64,000 nucleotides of DNA from Eledone cirrhosa (lineage: Eukaryota): the NCBI GenBank assembly GCA_964016885.1, contig OZ024747.1, positions 45,880,001-45,944,000 on the forward strand, written 5' to 3'. Below, piece by piece: positions 13,935 to 26,771 of this stretch. The stretch's first letter is position 1. Each line of letters opens with the position of its first letter. Under the pieces are notes generated by a model, which saw nothing but the letters and a program-made list of their open reading frames with translations, was not told the origin of the DNA and searched no databases. A program made the translations under genes and the position numbers.

Positions 13935-15205
13935 CCTTGTCTGGCTTTCTGGAGAATAGAGGAAAGGTGTTTCCTCAAAAACCAGTATGACTCTAAAAAC
14001 CGGTTTGTCTGTGTGTTTACATACAGAATAGCTGGCCACTCACAGTAAAGTGATCAGTGAAAAAAAACTTGGTACATCTACATATGTATACGTGTGTGTA
14101 TTCATATACATACTAGTATTTCAGTATACATATATGGATGTACATCTTTGACTTAATTGTTTGAGCGTCAGTCATACAAAAGTGAGTTACAAACGAAACG
14201 AAATTTAATTTCGTTTCGTTATTTGTTTTTATCGTCTCCGTTGAACCGGTACTTACTCACACTCTATGCAAATTGGTCTGCCCACTACTAATTTTCATAG
14301 AAAAAGCATATAGCGATATGTGCTTTTACGATTCTCTAGAGAGGCCGGAAGATAGGTAAATATTGCTGATGAGTTGTAACAACAACGAAACTAGTTCAAT
14401 ATTCCTTGTCTGGCTTTCTGGAGAATAGAGGAAAGGTGTTTCCTCAAAAACCAGTATGACTCTAAAAACCGGTTTGTCTGTGTGTTTACATACAGAATAG
14501 CTGGCCACTCACAGTAAAGTGATCAGTGAAAAAAAACTTGGTACATCTACATATGTATACGTGTGTGTATTCATATACATACTAGTATTTCAGTATACAT
14601 ATATGGATGTACATCTTTGACTTAATTGTTTGAGCGTCAGTCATACAAAAGTGAGTTACAAACGAAACGAAATTTAATTTCGTTTCGTTATTTGTTTTTA
14701 TCGTCTCCGTTGAACCGGTACTTACTCACACTCTATGCAAGTTGGTCTGCCCACTACTAATTTTCATAGAAAAAGCATATAGCGATATGTGCTTTTAAGA
14801 TTCTCTAGAGAGGCCGGAAGATAGGTAAATATTGCTGATGAGTTGTAACAACAACGAAACTAGTTCAATATTCCTTGTCTGGCTTTCTGGAGAATAGAGG
14901 AAAGGTGTTTCCTCAAAAACCAGTATGACTCTAAAAACCGGTTTGTCTGTGTGTTTACATACAGAATAGCTGGCCACTCACAGTAAAGTGATCAGTGAAA
15001 AAAAAACTTGGTACATCTACATATGTATACGTGTGTGTATTCATATACATACTAGTATTTCAGTATACATATATGGATGTACATCTTTGACTTAATTATA
15101 TATACAATTATATATATATATAATTACAGTCCAGGAAACAAGAAACAAACAAACAAGAAAATGTAATAACACGATATATATATATATATATATATATGAT
15201 AGATG

Positions 15206-15293
<88 letters not shown>

Positions 15294-15339
15294 ATATATA
15301 GATGATACATATATATATATATACATATAAATATATAGA

Positions 15340-15397
<58 letters not shown>

Positions 15398-15413
15398 ATA
15401 TAATATATAGATG

Positions 15414-15444
<31 letters not shown>

Positions 15445-15469
15445 TATAGATGATATATAAATATATAGA

Positions 15470-15513
<44 letters not shown>

Positions 15514-15852
15514 ATTATATATACATGATAGATGTAATATATATATACATTTATTATTACTATATATATATATATATGATATATGTAATATATATATATT
15601 TATTATTACTATATATATATGATAGATGATAGATGAAAGATCCAGTTTTCATACGTGTTAACTTACATATGCATAAGAAGATAAAATTTGGTATAGGTTA
15701 AAGATTGTTACCCATTATAAGAATATAATAGATTTACACATTTTGTTTAGCAATATATCACCCATACTTTCATTATGCATCGGAGTGTTCATTGTGATTC
15801 AGTCTCTTTCATACTTTTCCTGAAAGGGACATATCTATCTCCATCTCTCTCT

Positions 15853-15957
<105 letters not shown>

Positions 15958-17192
15958 CAGTTTCTTATTTTCATATTGATATATTCTGTAATATGAGTGC
16001 ATCTGTGTTGAAGTACATATCAGATACTCTTATATATGCACAGTGAACAAGTGGCCATGCACATTGAATATTGCTTACAAAATATTTCATTGGATGATGC
16101 ATTATAGAACTGACAGATATCTTTTAATAAAATTCTTATTTAATCATATTCGATTGTCAAAAAATCTGTTAAAAGCTCTCAGATAACTTTCTCTTGAGAT
16201 ATCAATGGTCTTTATTGCTACTTGTGTGTTATGGTTTATGCCTAAGATTATTAACTGTCAATAAAAGATAAAAAATAAGTAAAAATAACAAAACTTACAA
16301 AAAAGATAAATGACATTAAAACGAAATATAAAATAATGTTTTGAAGAAATGATGGCTGTAATGGACACAATGGCGAAAAATAGCCAGCACATGTCTAATA
16401 CTGAAAATGTCCCACAACTAATCAATGGTGTGGTTGATTAAAGCAGGATTGCTATGTATTTCGCTCTGAAAAGTCTACACAGGATGATCTTTGCAATGAC
16501 ATTGATTAAAAGAATACAAAGAATTTCTATGCAGTATTATCGGAGATTTTCGTCGAAATTTTATATTTGCTTCTTTTAACTTTCCTTTTGTTAATTTTGT
16601 TTTCTGTTGTTGCCTCTCTTTACTGTAGGCTTGATTCCAAGATATAATTGTTCGATGAAGAACACCCAGTATCTAACAATCAATAGTAGTCTATTTCAGT
16701 TGGATATGATGATATGGAATATTGAAACAGCATCCAAAATATAATACTACGAATGCTATGCACACGTGGTTGTAAATGGTTGCAACAACAGAGTTGAAAG
16801 CTTTAAATAAAATCAGAATGCATTAGATCTGAACAATTAATGGAACAGTTCTTCCTTAGGGTAAGACTTGGTATTATGAAAGAATAGAATTATTTTTCAT
16901 TATTCATACGTGGTTATAATTATATTCTGAAGAAGTACGCCATGAATATTCATAAATATTCATCACCCAAGTTAGATCAATGTTTCAAGGTTTACTTTTG
17001 CAGCGACACATATTCCTCAATAAGGTTCCCATTAGAATTGAAATATGTAGCCAAAGGCATAGTGTTGTAATTCTGAGTGACTGTCTTAACAGATGATCTA
17101 TATACACCACAATTATAATAATGTAAATTATTGTTGCACTGATTATAAAATCAATTCAACTTGATTGACTTAATATTATTTAAGGTGAAAAG

Positions 17193-17375
17193 GGCGGTGG
17201 ATTGGCAGTATCGGTAGAGGGTCGGACGCCATGCTTTCCAGCATAGTTACGTCCCTTTACGATCTGAGTTCAAATCCCGCCGAGGTTGACTTTGCCTTTC
17301 ATCCTTACGGGGTCGATAAAATAAAGTACCAGTAATGCACTGGGTAATTGCTGGCCTGTGCCTAAAGTAGAAACA
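17193..17375 (+). mobile_element. full SINE with 18-bp target-site duplication (TSD)
   Basis: ATTATTTAAGGTGAAAAG at 17175-17192 and 17376-17393. An older SINE copy follows (about 17395-17580). Confidence 0.88.
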
Positions 17376-17972
17376 ATTATTTAAGGTGAAAAGTGCAGCG
17401 GATAAGCAGAATTTGTAGAGGGTTTAATAAAATGTTATTACGATGTTTGTTCCTGCGTTTTCCATTCTGAGTTCATATTCCACCGAGGTCAACTTTGCTC
17501 TTCATCCATTTGGTTTTGGTAGAATACAGGAGTCTATGTAATCAACTACTTCCCTCTCCACGAATTGTTGACCTGATGATTGAATTCGTATTTAGAGTAC
17601 TAATACGCAGATAAAGTGCCAGATTATTGAAGGTGAGCGATAATATATGCAAAATGTCTACACTAGCTTGCTTTTGTAACGTATATATATATATTTACAT
17701 GACACCAGCGTCCTTGACATTCCTTCCCCTTCCCGTTTTTTTCTTCTTTTTCTCTTTTTTCTATATTTTCCTTTTTTACATTCCGTTCTTCTCAATCTTT
17801 CTTTCTTTTTTCTTTAAACATTAAACTGTAGTTACGATATATTCCATAAATGCAATTATAATTATTGAACAAAATATTACTGATTACAAAGAATCATAAG
17901 AATGGCATGTTTGCAAACGGGTAGCATTTCGAACATTTGATAAATCTATCAGAAGTCCCTAAGTGTTACGTA

Positions 17973-18009
<37 letters not shown>

Positions 18010-18013
<4 letters not shown>

Positions 18014-18140
18014 TAGCCTGATAGTGGGGTTAAGAACCCTCGGAGAAATGGAAAAAGATGAGTATTGACGTACATGGGAGTCGAACCCATATATTTGGTT
18101 ATCCTGACCACTGTGCTACCATTTACACCAACACATCACC
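18010..18140 (-). mobile_element. tRNA-headed short element; other copies at 21015-21372, 24622-24745 and 45196-45400
   Basis: tRNA-like 72 nt at 18066-18137: A box TGGTGTAAATGG, T arm ATGGG-TTCGACT-CCCAT, acceptor stem GATGTGT/GTACGTC. A shared tail runs into (TA)n. Confidence 0.7.
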
Positions 18141-18383
18141 CGTCTTTTTCCATTCTAATTTGAAAGTTCCATGTATTTTATTATGTGCATTTCAAAAATA
18201 AATATCATCCAGGGACGATATTTGCGTTCTCATCACATAAAATAGGGAGACATTATATGAAGCTTAAAAAAGACACTTGTGAGCAAGGTAGTGCCTAAAC
18301 AACATATGATAAATAAATTTATTTATCATATGTTGTTTAGACACTACCTTGCTCACAAGTGTCTTTTTTAAGCTTCATATAAT

Positions 18384-18567
18384 TGTTTCTACGTTAGGCA
18401 CAAGGCCAGCAATTACCCAGTGCATTATTGGTACTTTATTTTGTCGACCCCGTAAGGATGAAAGGCAAAGTTAAACTTGGCGGGATTTGAACCTAGAATG
18501 GCAAGGGCCGTAACTCTATACGTCAAAGCATGGCGTCCGACCCTTTACCAATACTGCCAATCCACCA
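18384..18567 (-). mobile_element. SINE with 15-bp TSD
   Basis: TAAGCTTCATATAAT at 18369-18383 and 18568-18582. Confidence 0.88.
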
Positions 18568-18589
18568 TAAGCTTCATATAATGTCTCCC

Positions 18590-18660
18590 TATTTTATCTG
18601 ATGAGAACGCAAATATCGTCCCTGGATGATATTTATTTTTGAAATGCTCATAATAAAATA
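18590..18660 (+). ncRNA. type I hammerhead motif; mirror copy at 18175-18245 on the minus strand
   Basis: TATTTTAT-CTGATGA-[AAATATCGTCC/GGATGATATTT stem]-GAAATGCTCATA-ATAAAATA. Confidence 0.7.
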
Positions 18661-18693
18661 CATGGAACTTTTCTAACCCTCTTTTAATTTCTT

Positions 18694-18815
<122 letters not shown>

Positions 18816-18844
18816 CATATACATGTATTTATGTGTATATATAT

Positions 18845-19118
<274 letters not shown>

Positions 19119-19313
19119 GTTATTCCGGGTTGAATCGGAGGTAACCACAGTAAGTAAGGTACTCAATACATAGCAGAGTATAAAAGTTTTAATATAGATG
19201 AGATTCTACAGGACTAGAACTGTTTCATTCTTTAGGAATACCTGATGATTTCTAAAGAATTAAACAGTTCTAGTCCTGTAGAATCTCATCTATATTAAAA
19301 CTTTTATACTCTG
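19119..19313. mobile_element. fold-back HHR element, family Y; also 48968-49160, tail only at 28390-28452
   Basis: About 65-bp inverted arms around CCTGATGA (19241-19248), with the shared tail ...CCGATT(C/G)AACCCG. Confidence 0.75.
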
Positions 19314-20542
19314 ATATATATATATATATATTAGTATATTTGAGAAAATGTGATATTCCTCATGGTGTAAGAGGGTACCTGCCGAAATTAAAAGATGAAG
19401 AAACTTTCTAAAGTAAAGTACAAGCAATTCGGATCACATTTTTGAAAGCTGATCTCCAATAATTTGAAAATACAGAAACGTGACGTGTGGAGAGACGATG
19501 TACATATCACAAAATTTGACCCATCAATCCCATGTCAACACATAACTAAATGATGTTAGAATGGATATTAAAGTTGATATCAACAAGAATTGTTATGAGC
19601 AGGATAAGAAGGCATTAGAATTGACTATGAGTTTGAACTTTAGAGCTTCTGATGATTTTAATATGAATAGAGGGAGCATAAATATTTATATTATAGATTT
19701 TGACAGTTGGTTGATCGTGGGTCAATATAAGTGAAACAGGTCAAACAACATGTATTTAATGATACAAAGGATAAGCAAGTTTCCCTTTATTGGCAACCTC
19801 GCTACTTCTAGGTAAAATATATGAAATTATTGATAGGAATGGAAGTGAAGAATTTATAGTTCCCCATCAGAAATGTTACAAGACAAATATAATTTTCTTT
19901 AATATAGGGGAATAAAGAAAGCATATTAAAACGAAGTGATTTATTTAACTGCTATATCAGCCGTAATAGAACAGGACCAAAGGCATTCCAACCGTGACCA
20001 TTTTAATGAAACATTTTACAAATCCTTTCTGATCTGTGCAATATATAAACACACCTAACAATTTATGATAAACACTTAAATAAAAGTGAATAAACAAAAT
20101 AAATGTGATGTAAAAGACTGCTATGGTGAATTAATTTGTAATTCTATTCAAAGCCTTCTTTCTTTTGTTTTAATTGTCAACTGTTTACAAAGCGAAATTA
20201 CAACGATAACAGACCATGAAATAACTATAATTGTCCTTGGGTTGCAAAGGGATTTCCTCTTCGGCATATAAATAAATTTAGTATAATTAATTCTTCGTTT
20301 TGTGAAATTTTCTTTTACTTAGAGAATTACAAGCTGTTGCCGCTAGGTTGTTATTTCTCATTTAACAAAAATTAACTTTTTTTGTATGACATTCAGTAGT
20401 TGGACCTTAACAAGTGTGTAAACATAAAACAATATATACGAGGGCATCTGATTAAAAGGGTTTGTTTTAATTAGAGTGCCTAGTAAAGTTGGATAATTAA
20501 AAGGGAAGACTCTGTTTCGTGCGTCATAAGCTGTATCATAAT

Positions 20543-20714
20543 TGTCTCTACTTTAGGCACAAGGCCAGCAATTACCCAGTGCATTACTGGTACTTTATTT
20601 TATGGACCCCGTAAGGATGAAAGGCAAAGTCAACCTCGGCGGGATTTGAACTCAGATCGTAAAGGGACGTAACTATGCTGGAAAGCATGGCGTCCGACCC
20701 TCTACTGATACTGC
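20543..20714 (-). mobile_element. SINE with 12-bp TSD
   Basis: CTGTATCATAAT at 20531-20542 and 20715-20726. Confidence 0.85.
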
Positions 20715-20953
20715 CTGTATCATAATGCTCCAATTAAAGATGGAAAGAATTGTTTTTGCAGTAGATTTTAATGTTAATAATTGAAATTATATATATATAT
20801 AATATATATATAATTTATATATAATATATATATAATTATATATATATATATAATATATATATATAATTATATATATATATATATATATATAATTAAGCTC
20901 CGTTGCCTACATAGAGCACTCTTTTTTCCTGGACTTTTCCGACGGAATTACTT

Positions 20954-21014
<61 letters not shown>

Positions 21015-21020
<6 letters not shown>

Positions 21021-21258
21021 GAAGCTTTCACCGTATTTTTTGACTAAAGAAATTTTAGCCTGATAGTGGGGTTTAGAACCCTCAGAGAAATGGAAAAAGA
21101 TGAGTATAGACGTACATGGGACGTCAATACTCATCTTTTTCCATTTCTCTGAGGGTTCTAAACCCCACTATCAGGCTAAAATTTCTTTAGTAAAAAAATA
21201 CGGTGAAAGCTACTATTTTCTAATTTCAAACTTGCTCACTGTTTCAAAACATACTTAC

Positions 21259-21298
<40 letters not shown>

Positions 21299-21372
21299 AT
21301 AAGTAAGTATGGTTTGAAACAGAGAGCAAGTTTGAAATTAGAAAATATAAGCTTTCACTGTATTTTTTGACT
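21015..21372. mobile_element. fold-back copy of the tRNA-headed element plus an extra inverted tail piece
   Basis: Arms 21015-21113 and 21121-21219. A further inverted copy lies at 21299-21372. Confidence 0.75.
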
Positions 21373-21715
21373 GAGTGTGTGAGTGTCTGCAAGTATTGTT
21401 AAGGAAAATATATATGATAAATGTATTTATACATATAACACATATAACCATATAAACATTCCCACCTGTTACGTATTACTTTGTGGTTGTTTGGATGATC
21501 TATATTTCTTCTGATAAGAATCCAACAGGGTTTGAAAATCGAATAATGTTTTTTATCATAATTTCAAGTTACAAGGAAACACGTATATTTGACATGTTTA
21601 CATGTCAATATATTGCATCTGTAAATATATACACACATTTACGCGATCTCTCTATATTTTATATATACAGATATAAATGTATCGTATACATCGGCTATTT
21701 AGTGCACAACAACTT

Positions 21716-21856
<141 letters not shown>

Positions 21857-21889
21857 AATTATTACAACAATATGACCCTCCCCAAGTTT

Positions 21890-21925
<36 letters not shown>

Positions 21926-22088
21926 AAACTCGGGGAGGGTCATTACAACAATATGACCCTCCCAAGTTTAACAATATATATATATATATGTAGGAGGTGA
22001 GTTTTATTGTAGTACAATAAAGCAATGCATATGTTGATTTAAAACTGCACTATCCACAAGTGTCTTTAACCTTCATATCATGTCTTCC

Positions 22089-22159
22089 TATTTTATCTGA
22101 TGAAAACACAAATGTTATTGCATGATGATATTTGTTTTTGAAATGCGCATAATAAAATA
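22089..22159 (+). ncRNA. type I hammerhead motif, same family as 18590
   Basis: TATTTTAT-CTGATGA-...-GAAATGCGCATA-ATAAAATA, with palindromic stem III ATGCGCAT. Confidence 0.7.
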
Positions 22160-22187
22160 CATGGAACTCTTTTAACCATCTTTTGAT

Positions 22188-22228
<41 letters not shown>

Positions 22229-22654
22229 CGTAAAATAAGAAAATTTTTTTTTAAAATGTTTTTAAAAAATTAACTTACTTACTTAAATTTTCACTCCAAT
22301 TAATTAGTTTCTGCAATGGGATAAAGACAGTTACGTAATGAACTGTTGAGAATTTCATTGCGTCATCAGGGAGGTCATTCTCAGCCGAGTCTCCAGGCGA
22401 TGCGCGGACACTGGGGACTCATATAAAAATAATAATAATTCGGTAAATGGAACAGCTATCGAGGACTGGATTCCAGCTACTGAAAATTCTCACTGCCACT
22501 GATCATATGGCCGATTCTAAAGAATCAATCACGTGACACAGAGGCTAGTCAGTAGGAATGGGATGGTAAGATGACAGGCGCCTACTAACACCCCCCAAAA
22601 AATTATATATATATATATTGTTAAACTTGGGGAGGGTCATATTGTTGTAATAAT

Positions 22655-22925
22655 TGTTTCTATTAACAAACATCGTAATAACATTTTATTAAACCCTCTA
22701 CAAATTCTGCTTATCCGCTGCACTTTTCACCTTAAATAATTGTTTCTACTTTAGGCACAAGGCCAGCATATACCCAGTACATTACTGGTACTTTATTTTA
22801 TCGACCCCGTAAGGATGAAAGGCAAAGTTAACCTCGGCGGGATTTGAACTCATATCATAAAGGGACGTAACTCTATGCTTCAAAGCATGGTGTCCGACTC
22901 TCTACCGATACTTCCAATCCACCGC
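22655..22925 (-). mobile_element. SINE carrying an extra 77-nt 3' segment, 17-bp TSD
   Basis: TSD CATATTGTTGTAATAAT at 22638-22654 and 22926-22942. Confidence 0.85.
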
Positions 22926-23080
22926 CATATTGTTGTAATAATATTGCCAGAATTAATAACAGAACACACTCACTGTTTGGTTGGTTTTCGCTTCTGTATC
23001 CTCCATATCAGTTAATTGATTCGGTCCTCAATGCTCACCACCGACTGTCCAACGATCAAAAATACAGATATAATAGAGAC

Positions 23081-23165
<85 letters not shown>

Positions 23166-24530
23166 CTTTAAAAATACTTATATTTTTCACGTTTATATTT
23201 TCTGCAATATTTAGCAAGCTGTTATTCAAATATATATTATAATAATATATACTCAAGTATATATTACAATAATATATTCTTTTATTATCCACTGAATCAT
23301 CTTATTTTATGATTTAGTGAGCATATGTTTAGCATGAGCAAAAACATTAGGAAATATAAAGGATAAACGGTTATAGATACAAGAAAATATAAGTTGTGAA
23401 ATATATAAACAACTTTCTCTATTTGTTCATCTTCCATTCAAGTTGGCTAGTTTAAACTAAAAACAAAAAACAAAAAGAAGTGAATAAGATCAACTAAAAA
23501 TAAAAAAATAATTAAATACATGCATTTTCATTATCATTTAAACATTTATTTACCCTTGGGTTTTCTTGCGAATTGGTCTTCTGAAGATTGGCTCAGGGAT
23601 TTAAAGTGGAATCCGAAATATTTTCTGTGTTTTCTTATTTTTTGGTGGGCGGGGAGATTTGCATTAAATTCCCCTTTAAGACAATTCCTCTCTCAACATA
23701 TGTTCCATAAATTATCTTCTCATCAATATGTATGGTTCTGAGTGCAGACTTTGACATTAAATACACTTCAGGTAGAAAAAGAAAATCTCATGAAAACGTC
23801 TAGATAGAAGAGTGTTTTGTTCTTTATTTTTCTTGACATTTTTTTAAATATTGCACGATTTGACCTAATTTGTTATAATGGTCTTGTGGTTATATAAAAT
23901 ATCCAAAGAAGACCGACGAATAACTCAACAATACTAAATCAAGAGACACATAATGTTATCAATAATTGTTTTCATACAGAACTTATATTCTCTTTTGCTA
24001 TATGTATATATAAGTGTGTGTGTTTGTGTGTGTGTATGTGTGTGTGTAATATGGGATAAGAGAGAAACTGGAGAGGCAAATAGTGACATAAATTATATTT
24101 ATTGAGGAATTGTAAAGTTTCTTAAATTGTTATGCCATCAGGAAAGAAATATTCGACATATCGAAACGATTCCTTCTTCGGGGAAAGAGAAAAGTATTTC
24201 TTGTACTTATTCGATAAGAATATTAATATATATATATATATTCATATTCTTATTGTATCTATTTTCCTAAATATATATATATATATGAAAAGAGTCAGGA
24301 CCCCGACGGCTGAGCACCGGCCGTTTCGACAGCTAGATCCGAACTGGTCCACGTGATATCTTACCACACCCTCTTTGTTATATATATGTATATATATAAT
24401 TAGAAAATAGACACATAAAGACAAATTATTTTAATTAGAAGGCAACATAGGCGTGAATGACAAGATAATCAAGATACTCGACAAATTTGATGTGATGTAA
24501 GGATATATGTTTCTGTGTATATATATATGC

Positions 24531-24628
<98 letters not shown>

Positions 24629-25115
24629 ATAGAAGCTTTCACCGTATTCTTTTACTAAAGAAATATTAGCCTGATAATGGAGCTTAGAACCCTCAGAAAA
24701 ATGGAAAAAGATGAGTATTGACGTACATGGGAGTCGAACCCAACCCTTAACGATATCTTCACTTTTATTAATATTACTATATATATATATATATGAAAAT
24801 ATATTAGGCTTCTACATAAACTGGAAATATTCTCCCAACTTGTAGAATACTTATAATGAAACAATTGTTTGGAAAGAGAGATATATTTTAATTTTAATTA
24901 TATCTCATATAAAATAATACAACTGACTTTCCACAAAATACATATAGTTGGCACCCCAGACACTAAATTGGGTTTATACTAACGTATATCCTAATGTTTG
25001 TTGAGTGAGATGGTTACCAGTCGGAGTTTAGCGTAAAGCTTTCTCTGTTATTGTATTAATAATTATATATATATATAATAATAATAATAAACATGGTCGA
25101 TTTGTCAAATTTTCA

Positions 25116-25197
<82 letters not shown>

Positions 25198-25349
25198 GGA
25201 TGGGGAGAGGGAGAGAGAATGTCAGTGAAAGGGAGTGAGAAAATGGATGAAAAACATATATAAGCATTAACAACAAATTAGATTCAAGGAATGCGTTATA
25301 TATACACATTGGCCTAAAAGACGTGTGTAGGTATTTATTATTAATAGAT

Positions 25350-25790
25350 TTATAAGCCGTGCTTTTTGGCTTGTGGGTGCAAATGGTCTGTTAACATTCT
25401 TTGAACTGTATTTCTATCCCAAACAATTTCTTCTGCAATCATCGTAATACTTAATCAATGATATGTCGGCATCACCGCTCAAACCACTTCCACAAATTTT
25501 CATTTGTTGAGATTTTTCTTCGAGAATGTAGTCCGTCTCAACATTTTCTCAGTCCTTATTGAAAGCATTGTGTCCCCTAAAAACATTACGTCTCGATAGA
25601 GTGACATCTCCATAAGGTTGTGTTAAAGAATTAAATATTTCGGGTCAGAGCTCTTGAGTTTCATTCAAAATTCGATCGCGTATCGTTGTTCGGTATTTTC
25701 CCCGCACCACAAACGTAACAGAAGTTATAAATACGTCTGTATATAAACATCAATATCGCCCGACTGATTTAATAGATCATGTTGAAACAA
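25350..25790 (-). pseudogene. Tc1/mariner transposase N-terminal (HTH) remnant
   Basis: Manual translation: YGDVTLSRRNVFRGHNAFNKD*ENVE...SITMIAEEIVWDRNTVQRMLTDHL. Confidence 0.6.
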
Positions 25791-26671
25791 GTATGTAGGC
25801 ACAGCCAAGTTTATAACCAACACTATTATATACATCAATTAGGTACTACCTTACCATGTCGTACATAGGAAAATCAGTACCTTTACTTTTGGGACAGACC
25901 ACGTATATATATATATATGTGTGTGTGGGGGGGGGGTATGTATGTGTGGGGGGGGGATGTATGTGTGTGTGTGTGTGTGTGTGTGTGAATGTGTATTTGT
26001 GCATATGTGTGCATGTGCGTTCATATACATATAGAGGGAGGCGGAGAGATAGAGGAATATAAGGGTAGTGGTGTCAAGTAGCTAAATATTATAGAACTTA
26101 CTCTGTAATTCTGATATTATCACACGTGATCTTTTTGAAAATACCAATAAAACTACGAAAACATGCCAAATGTATATTAATAAATTTTTAATGTTTTACT
26201 TTGATCATAATAAAAAGTTATTTCATGCTCCCACTTAAATTTCATGTTCGTTTCAATGAAACAATATTCAATTTCTTTCATGTTTTCTCTCCTTGTCTCA
26301 TATAACAAAGTGTGGAAATTCGTAATATGTATTTCTTTAATACTACTAAATAGCAGCAACGAAACTTGTACCTACACACACCTATATATACATATACATA
26401 TATATATATATATGTGTGTGTGTGTAATATACACATATATATATAATATACATTCATACATATATATATATTACTAGAAAATGTATTAAATATTGAAATA
26501 TTCGGCTGAATTTGAGGCAAAGGAGTTCAAGTGTGTTTTATCAGCTATAAAACTCCGTAATGATATATGCGACCTATCTATTTCATTTATAAAACGGATA
26601 GTTCTCAACAACCCTCGTTTCAACATTCATATATATATATATTTACATATTTACATATTTATATATACACA

Positions 26672-26771
<100 letters not shown>

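Larger units (their letters stand above)
12034..15097. repeat. 469-bp tandem array: about 3 units, then about 3.6 inverted units, one HHR per unit (retrozyme-like)
   Basis: Units start at 12034, 12503 and 12972. Inversion at 13430-13431. Only about 3 differences seen among copies. (TA)n on both flanks. Confidence 0.92.

Noticed and set aside
16629-16860. Exon-like segment with AG acceptor and GTAAGA donor
   Set aside because: Multiple stops and no supporting evidence.
18066-18137. Functional tRNA gene
   Set aside because: Irregular anticodon loop and several G-U pairs in the acceptor stem; embedded in a repeated element, so treated as a SINE-like head.
22345-22375. CTGATGA-CGCAAT-GAAATTCTC on the minus strand
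   Set aside because: Stems I and II do not pair convincingly.
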